Part shown: one piece after another, positions 40,814 to 51,053 of the stretch
How the letters are laid out: the number at the start of each line of letters is the position of its first letter
Position numbering within the stretch: position 1 is the first letter of the stretch
From: Alphaproteobacteria bacterium
GTDB lineage: Bacteria > Pseudomonadota > Alphaproteobacteria > CAAHEQ01 > UBA3637
Assembly (NCBI GenBank): GCA_045605805.1
Contig: JAZUQR010000010.1
Span: forward strand, 32,001 to 96,000
Direction: 5' to 3'
Length of the DNA: 64,000 nt
The notes under the pieces: model-generated
What the model was told of the DNA's origin: nothing
The model's input: the letters and a program-made list of their open reading frames with translations, nothing else
The model's database searches: none
Position numbers and translations under genes: made by a program

Positions 40814-41371
40814 TTATCTCTTTTTTAAATCAGAAAATCTTCTATAAACAAGCATCTCTAAATTAGGATGATTTCTGCTTATACCCATTTCTTGACCGTC
40901 CCAAATATGACCTTGAGCCTCAGCAGCTTTTCTAGAACGTGTATTTTCTTTTTGAATTTTTAAGATAACAGAATCTATTCCATTTTCAAACAACACTTTT
41001 TCAAAAGCTGTTGTTGCTTCGGGGCCATAATGTTGCCCCGCAAATTGTTCAAAAAGCATAACACCGAGCTCAATACTTTTGGGATTGTTTGGATTATCAG
41101 GATTAAATGCTCCGATTGTTCCCATCAATTCATTTGTTTCTTTATTCCAGATGCCGTAATTTATTTCTTTTTCTTCTGATAACACCATTTTAATAAAAGT
41201 TTCTTCTTTTTCAAATGTCATCGGTTCTTCAAAATGAGGTAAAAATCGTCCTAGCCATTCTCTTGACTTGTTAATAGAATCCACTAATAACTGTATATAT
41301 TCTTTATCCAGTGTATGTTTTTTCAGGACAATGCGTTCAGCTTCTATTTGTTGTGGTAAAACTAATTTCAT
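40814..41371 (-). CDS. GNAT N-acetyltransferase, RimL/RimJ-like
   Basis: IEAERIVLK, SREWL..FL, ELG...GQHYG.EA, ENTRSRKAAE. Confidence 0.82.
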   Translation of the reverse strand: MKLVLPQQIEAERIVLKKHTLDKEYIQLLVDSINKSREWLGRFLPHFEEPMTFEKEETFIKMVLSEEKEINYGIWNKETNELMGTIGAFNPDNPNNPKSIELGVMLFEQFAGQHYGPEATTAFEKVLFENGIDSVILKIQKENTRSRKAAEAQGHIWDGQEMGISRNHPNLEMLVYRRFSDLKKR

Positions 41372-41443
41372 TTTTACAGCCTTTCAGAGATTTTCTATAA
41401 TTTAACATAGTTTTTCAGTTGATCAAGTTTCTTTTAGGACTTT

Positions 41444-41671
41444 TCAACAATCTATGCCATTTTCGGTGATTTGGCATTGTTCCACGACAGCCCCAACCGC
41501 TTGCTTAAAGTCATAGTTAAAAGAAGATATTTTATCCGAAATGATGTTTTCAATTGTCCAACGCAAATCAAAATCATCAAACGCCCAAGCCACTTTTACC
41601 ATACCGGACATCAGGCTGACAGTGGTATATACCACACAAAATCCCAAGAAAATAGCTTTTATTTTTTTCAT
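41444..41671 (-). CDS. small hypothetical protein with N-terminal hydrophobic segment
   Basis: AAGGA RBS before MKKIKAIFLGF. Confidence 0.5.
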   Translation of the reverse strand: MKKIKAIFLGFCVVYTTVSLMSGMVKVAWAFDDFDLRWTIENIISDKISSFNYDFKQAVGAVVEQCQITENGIDC

Positions 41672-41684
41672 TTTTTCTTTCCTT

Positions 41685-42224
41685 TTATCTTTGAGTTTTA
41701 TACACTTTTTTCCCATTTGTGACATAGTCTTTTAACACTTGTTCCCCCGCCTCTGTTTCAAGGTTGCCATAGACAGTTATCCCTCGGTTCTTAAACTCGG
41801 TCAACCACCGTGGCTTAAAGCCTTCATCAAAGCCGGTTATTTCCTCTACACGCTTTGAAGGGACACCGTAATAGACCTCTTTGATACCAGACCACAAAAT
41901 CCTACCCAAACACATCATACACGGTTCGGCTGGCACATAAAGGGACAAATTATAAGGCGATAAATCATAAGTTTTCAAAACTTCTTGCGCTTTTTTAATG
42001 GTATTCATTTCGGCATGATGATGGCTGCATTGTGTTTGAACAACGGTATTCGCCTCTTTGGCAATCAAGTGTCCGTTTTCATCATACACTGCGGCCAAAA
42101 ACGGCCCATAGCCTTGTGTCATCATTTCTTTTAATTCTTGTTGAAGGGAGGCAATGATTTGGCAAGCCTGATTGACTTTTTGTGGATTTATTTTTTCATT
42201 CGCAATTATTTTTTGTGTGGACAT
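41685..42224 (-). CDS. nucleoside/guanine deaminase (CDA superfamily)
   Basis: GPFLA, HAEMN, EPCMMC. Confidence 0.9.
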   Translation of the reverse strand: MSTQKIIANEKINPQKVNQACQIIASLQQELKEMMTQGYGPFLAAVYDENGHLIAKEANTVVQTQCSHHHAEMNTIKKAQEVLKTYDLSPYNLSLYVPAEPCMMCLGRILWSGIKEVYYGVPSKRVEEITGFDEGFKPRWLTEFKNRGITVYGNLETEAGEQVLKDYVTNGKKVYKTQR

Positions 42225-42415
42225 TTTTATCTCCTTTTTTCATCATAAGAAAAAAGCGATTATTTGTAAAGTCTTATTTGAAGCAAAAGCCTTTGTGCAT
42301 TTTTTTCTTGATTTTTCTTTTGCTTTTTGTTATACTGTTTTTGTTTTGAAAAGGTTTAACATTCAATTCCCTTTATGGAATGCCTTTTTATAATTTACAT
42401 TTTTTTTGAGGCTTT

Positions 42416-42868
42416 ATGAAACAGAACAATCACAATCGTCAAAACAGACGCTTTAATAACAGAAATAATCGTCCCACACAAACCATTTATCGCAACACCT
42501 GTTTGGATTCTTCCGGACCTGCTGGTAAGTTGCGTGGAACGCCCTTACAACTCAACGAAAAATATGTGGCTTTAGCCAAAGATGCCGCCACTCAAAATGA
42601 TATGATTTTGGCTGAACAGTTTCGTCAATATGCCGATCATTATATGCGTTTACAAAACATTGCCATTGAAAATGAAAATGCTTTGAAGGCTTCAAAATCT
42701 GCCCAACAACAGGCGGGACAAGACTTGCCAAAAGACGAGGATTTGAATGCCAACGCTTCTGTGGAACAGGAAACACAACCGGCAATTCAAGAAGACTTAT
42801 CCGTTCCTGTGCAACAGATGAATGAAATGGCTGAGGTGGCAGCAGATTCTAATCCCGTGTCAGAATAA
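42416..42868 (+). CDS. DUF4167 family protein
   Basis: Asn/Arg-rich N-terminus, DSSGP..KLRG...EKY..LAKDA...AE..RQYADHY.R. Confidence 0.85.
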   Translation: MKQNNHNRQNRRFNNRNNRPTQTIYRNTCLDSSGPAGKLRGTPLQLNEKYVALAKDAATQNDMILAEQFRQYADHYMRLQNIAIENENALKASKSAQQQAGQDLPKDEDLNANASVEQETQPAIQEDLSVPVQQMNEMAEVAADSNPVSE

Positions 42869-43238
42869 CAACCGCACCGGCAATTTTGTCATCTGCCAAT
42901 GACACAGAGGCTTGGACATTATCCCCAAACTTATATTTTAAGCGAGACATCATTTTTTTACTGAGTTTCAACTTTGGGGCACCATTGGTATCATGGCTTA
43001 GAGCCACATCTTTCAATCCGACAAATGATCCAAATCCCGTACCACACGCTTTGGCAAAAGCTTCTTTCACTGCATAATGTTTTGCCCCGTAATTGATTTG
43101 GCCTGTGGTTGATAATTCCTTGACTTCCTTAAACTCGCTTGGGGTGAGCATTTTTTTATAAAACGCAACGCCCCCTTTGTTTATAATGCGCTTAAAATGG
43201 GCAATTTCAACAAGGTCAAGACCCACTCCGACAATCAT
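42849..43238 (-). CDS. acpS: holo-ACP synthase
   Basis: IVGVGLDLVEI, A..YAVKEAFAKACGTG, GAP. Confidence 0.93.
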   Translation of the reverse strand: MIVGVGLDLVEIAHFKRIINKGGVAFYKKMLTPSEFKEVKELSTTGQINYGAKHYAVKEAFAKACGTGFGSFVGLKDVALSHDTNGAPKLKLSKKMMSRLKYKFGDNVQASVSLADDKIAGAVVILTRD

Positions 43239-45157
43239 TTTTTCTCCTTCGTTTCATAAACCCGTTGAACACCTTTACAACTTCGTATTGCATCTAACAC
43301 ATCCAACAGATGATCTTTGCCTTTCACTTTTATCATCGCTTGGGCTTTTGTTTGGCTGTGTTCTTGGGATATAATTGTCATAGATTGAATATCTACTTTC
43401 ATTTTAGACAATTGATTGACAATTTGCCCCATACTTTCGGGATTTGTTTTCCACATAATACTTAATGCAACTACCTGTTTATTGTTGGTTTTATGTGTTG
43501 TGTTCCATTCTACACTCATCCATTTTTCCGTTTGTGTAAAGTACCTTTTCAAAATTGGGCAGTTTCTTTTGTGAATCACCACTTTATCGTTTTCTTTAAT
43601 GGCAATTATTGCATCTTTTTCTTTTGGATGGCACACTGTATCCAATTCATAAGGAATTCCCTCCGGCAAGCCCAAAATCTCGGGGTTCACTTTCTTTTTA
43701 GACCATATTTTTTCGAAAAATGATTCTTTTTTGGGGGCTTTTTCTTCACTGAAAAAGTTTTCCAACAACAATTTGGCATAGGCCGTTGTCACATCTTTCA
43801 ACCAACTTTTTTGAGCCACAATTTTGCTTGTCACTTTGAAGCTCACTTTATCACCATCATTCAGTTTTTGGTTTAATGGCGCTTTTTCGTTGTTGATTTC
43901 CACACCCGTGCATTTTAAGGCCACTTTTGACCCAAGATAACAAGCAAAGTCTAACGCTGTGGCGCCCTGAGGTAAAGAATAGACAATCCCTTTGTGATCA
44001 AAACAAAAGATTTTATTGCGTTCCATATGCAATTTCGCTCGTCTTAAAAATTCGGCCGGACTTTCGGTGTTTGAAATAAGGGTTAAAAACTCTTTCATCC
44101 AAGGCAGATTTTTACCATCATATTTTTCGCCTTGTTTATATGACCAATGGGCGGCCATTCCAAACATTGCTGCTTCTTCCATTTTTTCCGTTCTGATTTG
44201 GATTTCAAGGGGGATTCCTTTTGACGACATTACCGTTGTTTGAAGTGATTGATAGCCGCTGTCTTTTGGAGTGGATATATAATCCTTAAAACGCCCCATA
44301 ACGGCACGATATCGTTGATGGACAAGCCCCAAAGTTTTATAACAATCTGGGATATTCTTTGTAATGATTCTGATTCCCAAAACATCAAAAATGGACGACA
44401 TTTGATTTTGATGCGTTTGCAATTTGTGCCATAATGAATAAGGCATTTTTACACGCCCAATCACACGAGCTTTGATTTTTGCCACACTCAATATCGTTTC
44501 AATTTCCTGAATCAGATTTTGGATGCTTATGTTTTGTTTCTTTTGCAACCCATTTATTTTTTGTGTTAAATTGTTATAGGCTTGCGGATTCAGCACACGA
44601 AACGACAAATCTTCCAATTCTGTTTTGATTTTATGCAACCCTAATCGTTCTGCCAATGGGACATAAATATCCATTGTTTCTTGAGCTTTGCGTCGTTTCT
44701 TTTCTGCGGAACAAATATCCAATGTACGCATATTGTGAAGTCTATCCGCCAATTTGACAAACAAAACACGAATATCTTTACTGGATGCCAAAATCAACTT
44801 TTGAAAGTTTTCGGCTTGACCACTTGCCGAAGATTGCAACTGATAACTTTCCAATTTGGTCAACCCTTGCACCAAATCGGCCACACGTTTGCCAAACAAC
44901 GCTTTGACCGAATCGTATGAAGCCGGTGTATCTTCCACCGTATCATGCAGTAAGGCGGCCATAATTGTTTCGGCATCCATTTTATAGGCTAACAAGATTT
45001 CGGCAACGGCCAACGGATGAATCAGGTATTTTTCCCCTGTTTCTCGTTGTTGATCATAATGCATTTTTTCCGCAAAGATACAGGCTCTGCGTAAGCCTTC
45101 AATATCTGCCTTTTTATCGTATTTCTTAACCGATTCTATCAGCTCATCCGACCGCAT
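43235..45157 (-). CDS. spoT: bifunctional (p)ppGpp synthetase/hydrolase (long RSH)
   Basis: LLHDTVED, KLADRLHNMRT, KDYISTPK.SGYQSL, EIQIRT, TGS and ACT domains. Confidence 0.93.
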   Translation of the reverse strand: MRSDELIESVKKYDKKADIEGLRRACIFAEKMHYDQQRETGEKYLIHPLAVAEILLAYKMDAETIMAALLHDTVEDTPASYDSVKALFGKRVADLVQGLTKLESYQLQSSASGQAENFQKLILASSKDIRVLFVKLADRLHNMRTLDICSAEKKRRKAQETMDIYVPLAERLGLHKIKTELEDLSFRVLNPQAYNNLTQKINGLQKKQNISIQNLIQEIETILSVAKIKARVIGRVKMPYSLWHKLQTHQNQMSSIFDVLGIRIITKNIPDCYKTLGLVHQRYRAVMGRFKDYISTPKDSGYQSLQTTVMSSKGIPLEIQIRTEKMEEAAMFGMAAHWSYKQGEKYDGKNLPWMKEFLTLISNTESPAEFLRRAKLHMERNKIFCFDHKGIVYSLPQGATALDFACYLGSKVALKCTGVEINNEKAPLNQKLNDGDKVSFKVTSKIVAQKSWLKDVTTAYAKLLLENFFSEEKAPKKESFFEKIWSKKKVNPEILGLPEGIPYELDTVCHPKEKDAIIAIKENDKVVIHKRNCPILKRYFTQTEKWMSVEWNTTHKTNNKQVVALSIMWKTNPESMGQIVNQLSKMKVDIQSMTIISQEHSQTKAQAMIKVKGKDHLLDVLDAIRSCKGVQRVYETKEKK

Positions 45158-45186
45158 TTTTCCTCCCCATGATTCAGCGGTTTGTT

Positions 45187-45558
45187 TTAAGCGTCTGTTC
45201 CCTCAATGACTTGAAAAGATTCCGATTCCACAAATTCATTATCAGCATACAGGGCATCTTCTTGTAAAGCCCCTGCTAATTCAGATTCCACTTCTTTTAA
45301 TTCTTCGGCATCATTATCGGCCTCGGTTGGCGCGGCATAGCGTTGCATACTTGCCACAACACCTTCGTGCAACAATTTCAAATCAACGGCGTCTTGGCCA
45401 ATTTCACGCAAGGCCACAACCGGATTTTTATCCCCTTCTCTGTCCACAACGGGATCTGCCCCAGCATCCAGAGATTTTGCCCGACCTGAGGCCAATAATA
45501 CCAATTCAAAATGATTTGGAACTCGTTGAATACAATCTTCCACTGTTCTGCGTGCCAT
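45187..45558 (-). CDS. rpoZ: RNA polymerase omega subunit
   Basis: MAR.TVEDC...F.LVLLA..RA, DKNPVVALREI. Confidence 0.96.
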   Translation of the reverse strand: MARRTVEDCIQRVPNHFELVLLASGRAKSLDAGADPVVDREGDKNPVVALREIGQDAVDLKLLHEGVVASMQRYAAPTEADNDAEELKEVESELAGALQEDALYADNEFVESESFQVIEGTDA

Positions 45559-45705
45559 ATGATTATCCTTTCTGATAAAATTTAACTTGTGGATAAGTAT
45601 ATCTTATTTTTTATCCAAAATCAAGTTTTTAATGAAAAAACATTCTTGCACTTTCGTTTTGTTTCATATATAATGTGTAAAAAAGTTTTTTTAGAAGGAT
45701 TAAAA

Positions 45706-47403
45706 ATGACAAAAAAGAAATACTTGATTACCTCTGCTTTAACCTATATCAACGGCTTGCCCCATATCGGCCATTTGGCCGGGGCCATGCTCAATGCCGA
45801 TATTTATGCCAGATATTTGCGTGCCAAAGGGGAGGATGTTTTGTTTGTGGGCGGTACGGATGTGCATGGCACGAAAATTGAAGTAGAAGCCAAAAAAGAG
45901 GGCTTATCCTTAGAGGCTTTCATCAACAAATATCATTTGGAACACAAAAAAGTTTATGAAGGTTTTAATTTGTCTTTTGATGCGTTTGGTAATACTGATT
46001 CCAAACAAAACGAAGAAATGACCTATCGTATTTTTGAAGGGTTAGACAAAAACGGTTATATCTCAGAAAAAATTACACAGAGGGCTTATTGTGCTGATGA
46101 TGAACAATTTTTGGCAGACAGCCAAGTGGGGGGTACTTGTCCTTATTGTGGTTATGAAAAAGCAAAGGGCGATCAGTGTGAAAACTGCACAAAGCTGTTG
46201 GAACCGGAAGAATTAAAAAATCCTTACAGCACCATTTCGGGCAGCAAAAATATCGTTTTCAAAGAAACCAAAAATCTTTTTATTGATGTGGATAAAATGC
46301 AAGACAATTTGAATCGCTGGGTGGAAACAAAAAAAGGTATTTGGTCTGACATTGCTTATACAACCGCAAAAAAATGGCTGAATGAAGGCTTACAGGCTCG
46401 GGGCATTACTCGTGATTTGAAAAACGGCTTTACCGTTCCCCGTGAAGGATATGAAAACAAAGTGTTTTATGTATGGTTTGATGCCCCGATTGGATATATC
46501 GGCATTACAAAAGAATGGGTAGATAAAGACCCTTCTAACCGTTCATTGGAAGATTGGTGGTTAAACCCAGATGAAGTTATTCATACCGAGTTTATGGGTA
46601 AAGACAATATTCCATTTCATTCCATCTTTTTCCCAGCTATGTTATTTGGATCGGGCGAAAAATGGACACAAGTTCATTTCTTAAAAGCAACAAGTTGGTT
46701 GAACTTCCCCGGTGGCAAGATTTCAAAATCCGAACATCGTGGTGTGTTTTTGGATGAGGCTTTGGAAGAGTTTCCGGCTGATTATTGGCGTTATTGGATT
46801 TGTGCCAACTGTCCAGAATCAGACGATTCGTTGTTCTCGTTTGATTCCTTCCAAGCCACCATCAACAAGGATTTGAATGATGTGCTGGGCAATTTTATCA
46901 ACCGTGTTTTGAAGATGACTCATAACAACTTTGGGGATGTTGTGCCACCTTTAGGGGCTTTCACCGAAAAGGAAACCACTTTGTTTGCCACATTGGATGA
47001 CTTGATTCAAAAATACACCAAACAGATGGACGCCATTGAGTTTAGAAAATCGTTGGCGCTTTTGCGTGAGATTTGGACCGTGGGCAACAACTATATTGCC
47101 CAGACAGAACCTTGGAAAGTTGTCAAAGAAGATAAAGAATATGCAGGCACTATTTTGAACATTGCTTTGAATTTGATTTGGCTGTTTGCTCAGCTGAGTG
47201 CGCCTGTGATGCCACAAACTGCCACAAAAATGTTGGCTCTGTTTAACAAAGAGCCTTCCTTTACATGGCCTTGTGGCGAGGCAAAAGAATTATTATCCAC
47301 ACTGAAATCCGGTGACGCCTTTACACCAAGCGAACCACTTTTCAGAAAAATTACGGATGAAGAAAAAGAACTTTTGAAACAAAAACATCATGAAGGGGTA
47401 TAA
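45706..47403 (+). CDS. metG: methionine--tRNA ligase
   Basis: HIGH, CPYC/CENC zinc knuckle, YVWFDAPIGY, KISKS. Confidence 0.97.
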   Translation: MTKKKYLITSALTYINGLPHIGHLAGAMLNADIYARYLRAKGEDVLFVGGTDVHGTKIEVEAKKEGLSLEAFINKYHLEHKKVYEGFNLSFDAFGNTDSKQNEEMTYRIFEGLDKNGYISEKITQRAYCADDEQFLADSQVGGTCPYCGYEKAKGDQCENCTKLLEPEELKNPYSTISGSKNIVFKETKNLFIDVDKMQDNLNRWVETKKGIWSDIAYTTAKKWLNEGLQARGITRDLKNGFTVPREGYENKVFYVWFDAPIGYIGITKEWVDKDPSNRSLEDWWLNPDEVIHTEFMGKDNIPFHSIFFPAMLFGSGEKWTQVHFLKATSWLNFPGGKISKSEHRGVFLDEALEEFPADYWRYWICANCPESDDSLFSFDSFQATINKDLNDVLGNFINRVLKMTHNNFGDVVPPLGAFTEKETTLFATLDDLIQKYTKQMDAIEFRKSLALLREIWTVGNNYIAQTEPWKVVKEDKEYAGTILNIALNLIWLFAQLSAPVMPQTATKMLALFNKEPSFTWPCGEAKELLSTLKSGDAFTPSEPLFRKITDEEKELLKQKHHEGV

Positions 47404-47405
47404 TT

Positions 47406-48614
47406 ATGGAAAAATCACGCAATACCGGTAATTTTTTGTTTATTATTTTTTGGTGGCTTGTGCAACATTTGAACATTCGTTGGGCTCATAAACTTTTATA
47501 TTGGGGATTAAGAGATGGTTCTTTCCCTTCGGGGCATATGTCCGATCCGATTTTAGGGATTGATTTATTTGGTCGCCATTTATCCACGCCTCTTGGTATT
47601 TCAGACGGTGTGGATAAACGGGGAAACATTTTAGACACCTTGATGCAGATGGGATATAGTTTTGGTACTTTTGGACCCTATACTTTGGAAAAAGAGATGC
47701 CCCCCAATGAAAAGTTTTTTTTCAAAAAAGATAAGGCTATTATTACTCAATGTACAGGATATCGCAACCCTGGTATCTTAAAAATGATGCCATGGTTTGT
47801 GAAGCGTCGTTATTTACCTCATTTTGTTGGGATTGACATTGCCATTCCTGCGGAAAATGAAGAAAGCAACATCAAACAGGGGCGACATTTTGCTTATGTG
47901 GATGAATTTGTTTTAATGTCACAACGCATTGCACCTTATTGTGATTTTATCACTTTGGATTTTTCGCACACCAACTCGGAACTGTGTGTTTTAATGGTGG
48001 ATGCTTCAACGATTTTGCCCATTATTCGGGCTGTTAAAGAAACCGTGAAACAGGCCGCCCCTATTCGCCCACCAAAGGTTTTTGTTAAAATCCCGTTGGA
48101 TTTGAATATGATGGAGATTCCGCTTGTTGCTCAAACTCTTTTAGGCGGTGAAGTGGATGGTGTTGTTGTGGCGGGCCCTATGTCTTTGGCCAAAAATACA
48201 CGCATTCGCATTCAAGGCGCAAAAGAACATCAAATGTCGGGCATGGTTATTGGTCAACCCACACATGAATATACCACCGAACTTATTCGGCGTTTATATA
48301 CCCATTTGAAAGGCCGGATTCCCATTATTGCTTGTGGCGGTGTGTTTGACGGTAAAAGTGCTTTTGAACATATTGCGGCCGGTGCTTCTTTGGTTTCCGT
48401 GGATGAGGCCAGCTTGATTTTTGAAGGCCCTGGCATTATTCACAAGATTCATAAAGAATTGATTGAAATTTTACACAACAAAAAATTTCATTCTTTTGCC
48501 GAAGCCATTGGTTGCGACACCCAAGAGGTTATTGCTGAGACAGCTGTACCTATGACTGCACCGCAACCGCAATCAACGCCTATGGAAAATTCTGTACCAC
48601 CGCATCAAGGTTAA
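47406..48614 (+). CDS. class 2 dihydroorotate dehydrogenase-like protein, degenerate
   Basis: PLG...G.DK, VKI..D, IPII.CGGV, AGASLV retained; active-site Asn/Ser motifs altered. Confidence 0.7.
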   Translation: MEKSRNTGNFLFIIFWWLVQHLNIRWAHKLLYWGLRDGSFPSGHMSDPILGIDLFGRHLSTPLGISDGVDKRGNILDTLMQMGYSFGTFGPYTLEKEMPPNEKFFFKKDKAIITQCTGYRNPGILKMMPWFVKRRYLPHFVGIDIAIPAENEESNIKQGRHFAYVDEFVLMSQRIAPYCDFITLDFSHTNSELCVLMVDASTILPIIRAVKETVKQAAPIRPPKVFVKIPLDLNMMEIPLVAQTLLGGEVDGVVVAGPMSLAKNTRIRIQGAKEHQMSGMVIGQPTHEYTTELIRRLYTHLKGRIPIIACGGVFDGKSAFEHIAAGASLVSVDEASLIFEGPGIIHKIHKELIEILHNKKFHSFAEAIGCDTQEVIAETAVPMTAPQPQSTPMENSVPPHQG

Positions 48615-48639
48615 GTCATTTCAAAAAAAAGGGGGGGAT

Positions 48640-50208
48640 ATGACTTCACAAGACCTTGTGACAAAACTTTGGGATGAAGCACGTCCTGTGATTCAAGAAG
48701 GGTTGGCCGTTTTGAATAAAACCCTTATTTTGGGTTTGCCGGCTTCTTCCATGCCGCCTGTTTCCAAAGAACAAGACACAGGCATTGGCTCTCCCTATGG
48801 CGAAGGGGCGGCTCGGGTATGGCGCTTTTGGCACAGTATTATTCACAAAATAATGATTGGACCGATTGGGAAGACCAGTGCGGTCACTTGGCATTCGCCC
48901 TATCTATCTTCATGGGATTACAATCCGTTTTTAATTGATTTGGAAAAATTGGTTCAACGCAAATGGCTTAGCAAAAAAACTTTGAATAAAATCTGGTACA
49001 CGCCAAAAAAAGATGGCTATATTGATTTTCATCAGGTTGAGTCCGACTATCTTATGGCGTTATCCGAAGCCCATCAAAAATCAAAATCTTTGCTTTCTTT
49101 TGACAGCTTTTGTAATCAGCTTTTGCGTGAACAAATGCAACGCACTTCTTTTTTATATGTGGGGGATATTCCCATCAACATTCCCACCAGAGTCAGCACA
49201 CGCCATCCTGATTGGTTTTTGAAAGATTGGAGTTTGGGGGCCCCTCCTGATCAATATTCGGATAAACCCCAAAAATGGGGATTTCCTGTCTTAAATCCAA
49301 ATAAACTTTTTTCATCCGATAAAACGCAGCCGTTGGGGCCGGCCGGCAGAATGTTCAAAAAATTGATGCGTTTTTATCTTGCCGGCAACAGGGGCGGCAT
49401 TCGTATTGACCATTTTATCGGGTGGGTTGATCCTTATTGTTTTTATACAGGCAAAAAAAATTATTCCAACGGCAGGCTTTATTCTTCCCCAAAACATCCC
49501 TTATTAAAGGCTTTTTATTTGAAAGATAAAAGACTATTCCAACGGATGACTCAATCTTTTTTAATGCCGTTTATTGATATTTTTCACCTTTCACCTATGG
49601 ATATTTTTCCGGAAGATTTGGGTATTCGGCCTCCCCAAATGGATAAGGTTTTGAAAACCTTTCGCTTGGGCCGAATGTTGCCTGTCCAATTTAACGAACC
49701 ACAAGACGGTACACATCTTTATCATTTAACTCAGGCACAAAAAGAAGACATTGCGGTGTTGGACACCCATGACAATCCACCTTTGTTGGCTTTTTTTGAA
49801 CAATTACCTTTTGAAAAAAGACGGGCTTTTGCCCAACAACTGGCCACAGATTTACGCTTTCATTATACAGATGATTTATGCCAACCGGTTTGGCTTTATC
49901 GGATGCAATGGGGGGCCGCTTTGGCCTCGCCTGCCAAGCGGGTGATGGTTTTCTTTCCCACTTTGATGGGACAGGAGGGACGATATAATATCCCCGGTAC
50001 TTTGGATTCGTGGCATCTAAGATGTATAGCCGATTTTGAACGACATTATTTCAATGCCTTAAAACAGGGAAAGGCTTTTAATCCGTTTGAGGCGATTTGT
50101 TTGGCTATTTATGCCAAAGGGGATGCTTTTTATCACCAGCACGAACCATTGGTTCATAAACTGAGAACTTTGGAAGCCGATTTTTTTAATGCGCTTCAAG
50201 CCTCATGA
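48640..50208 (+). CDS. malQ: 4-alpha-glucanotransferase (GH77), divergent
   Basis: SPY, GDIP, GAPPDQYS..QKWGFP, RIDHF.G, EDLG, THDN. Confidence 0.85.
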   Translation: MTSQDLVTKLWDEARPVIQEGLAVLNKTLILGLPASSMPPVSKEQDTGIGSPYGEGAARVWRFWHSIIHKIMIGPIGKTSAVTWHSPYLSSWDYNPFLIDLEKLVQRKWLSKKTLNKIWYTPKKDGYIDFHQVESDYLMALSEAHQKSKSLLSFDSFCNQLLREQMQRTSFLYVGDIPINIPTRVSTRHPDWFLKDWSLGAPPDQYSDKPQKWGFPVLNPNKLFSSDKTQPLGPAGRMFKKLMRFYLAGNRGGIRIDHFIGWVDPYCFYTGKKNYSNGRLYSSPKHPLLKAFYLKDKRLFQRMTQSFLMPFIDIFHLSPMDIFPEDLGIRPPQMDKVLKTFRLGRMLPVQFNEPQDGTHLYHLTQAQKEDIAVLDTHDNPPLLAFFEQLPFEKRRAFAQQLATDLRFHYTDDLCQPVWLYRMQWGAALASPAKRVMVFFPTLMGQEGRYNIPGTLDSWHLRCIADFERHYFNALKQGKAFNPFEAICLAIYAKGDAFYHQHEPLVHKLRTLEADFFNALQAS

Positions 50209-50270
50209 TTTTACTTGACAAAAGCCTGTAAAAGATTATGCTAGACTATATATTATAAAAAGGAGATTTT

Positions 50271-51044
50271 ATGTCAAAAGTTGCTGTGATTATCCCTACT
50301 CGTTTAGGTTCTACTCGTTTGCCCAATAAGCCCTTGGCCATTGTGAACGGCAAAACCGTGATTCAACATGTTTATGAGCATGCTATTCAGGTTCACCCAA
50401 AAGAAGATGTGTACATTGCGGCCGGTGATGAAGCTATTGTGGAAGAAGCCAAAAAGTTTAATGCTCAATGTGTTTTAACGCCTGCCAGCTTACCTTCTGG
50501 AACAGACCGTATTGTTTGTGCGTTGAAAACCATTGACCCTGACGGCACAAAATATGACACCGTTGTCAATTTTCAAGGAGATGGTATCAATGTGGATCCA
50601 AAATTAAATATGCGTTTGGTGGAATTGTTGGAAAAAACTGGGGCTGATTGGGTGACTGTCGGTAAAAAAATTACCTGCCCAGACGAAATTCAAAATCCAA
50701 ACTATGTGAAGATTGCAATGGGCTTGAAAGACGGTGAAGATTATGGTCGGGCGCTTTATTTTTCCAGAAGTGCTGTGCCCTTTAATCGGGATAAAGATCC
50801 CCAAAAAGATTTTGCTTATTGGCATATTGGGATTTATGTGTATCGCACCGAGGCCTTAAAACGCTTTGTTGAATGCCCTGTGGGCATTTTGGAAGCCACC
50901 GAAAAATTGGAACAGCTGCGGGCATTGGAAAACGGCATGCAGATTTATGCGCTGATTGTACCAACCATTAAACTGATTGAAGATGCGCCCACCGATATCA
51001 ATACACCCGAGGAATTAGCCGAGGCACAAAAGTTTAATTTTTAA
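50271..51044 (+). CDS. kdsB: CMP-Kdo synthetase
   Basis: R.GSTRLPNKPL, SGTDR, N.QGD, ALYFSRS, HIGIY, EKLEQLRALENG. Confidence 0.96.
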   Translation: MSKVAVIIPTRLGSTRLPNKPLAIVNGKTVIQHVYEHAIQVHPKEDVYIAAGDEAIVEEAKKFNAQCVLTPASLPSGTDRIVCALKTIDPDGTKYDTVVNFQGDGINVDPKLNMRLVELLEKTGADWVTVGKKITCPDEIQNPNYVKIAMGLKDGEDYGRALYFSRSAVPFNRDKDPQKDFAYWHIGIYVYRTEALKRFVECPVGILEATEKLEQLRALENGMQIYALIVPTIKLIEDAPTDINTPEELAEAQKFNF

Positions 51045-51053
51045 GGACATTTT

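Larger units (their letters stand above)
35686..41400. mobile_element. tandem array of tRNA-Gln-anchored single-gene cassettes (right boundary approximate)
   Basis: tRNA-3'-like GCCA junctions ending at 36560, 37530, 38692, 40477 and 40638, each followed by a terminator; related end sequences; AT-rich cargo; no integrase. Confidence 0.8.

Noticed and set aside
35686-41400. CRISPR array or classical integron as explanation of the repeats
   Set aside because: Repeats are 100-300 bp and separated by whole genes. No cas or intI gene is present, I see no RYYYAAC...GTTRRRY attC boxes, and cargo genes lie in both orientations.
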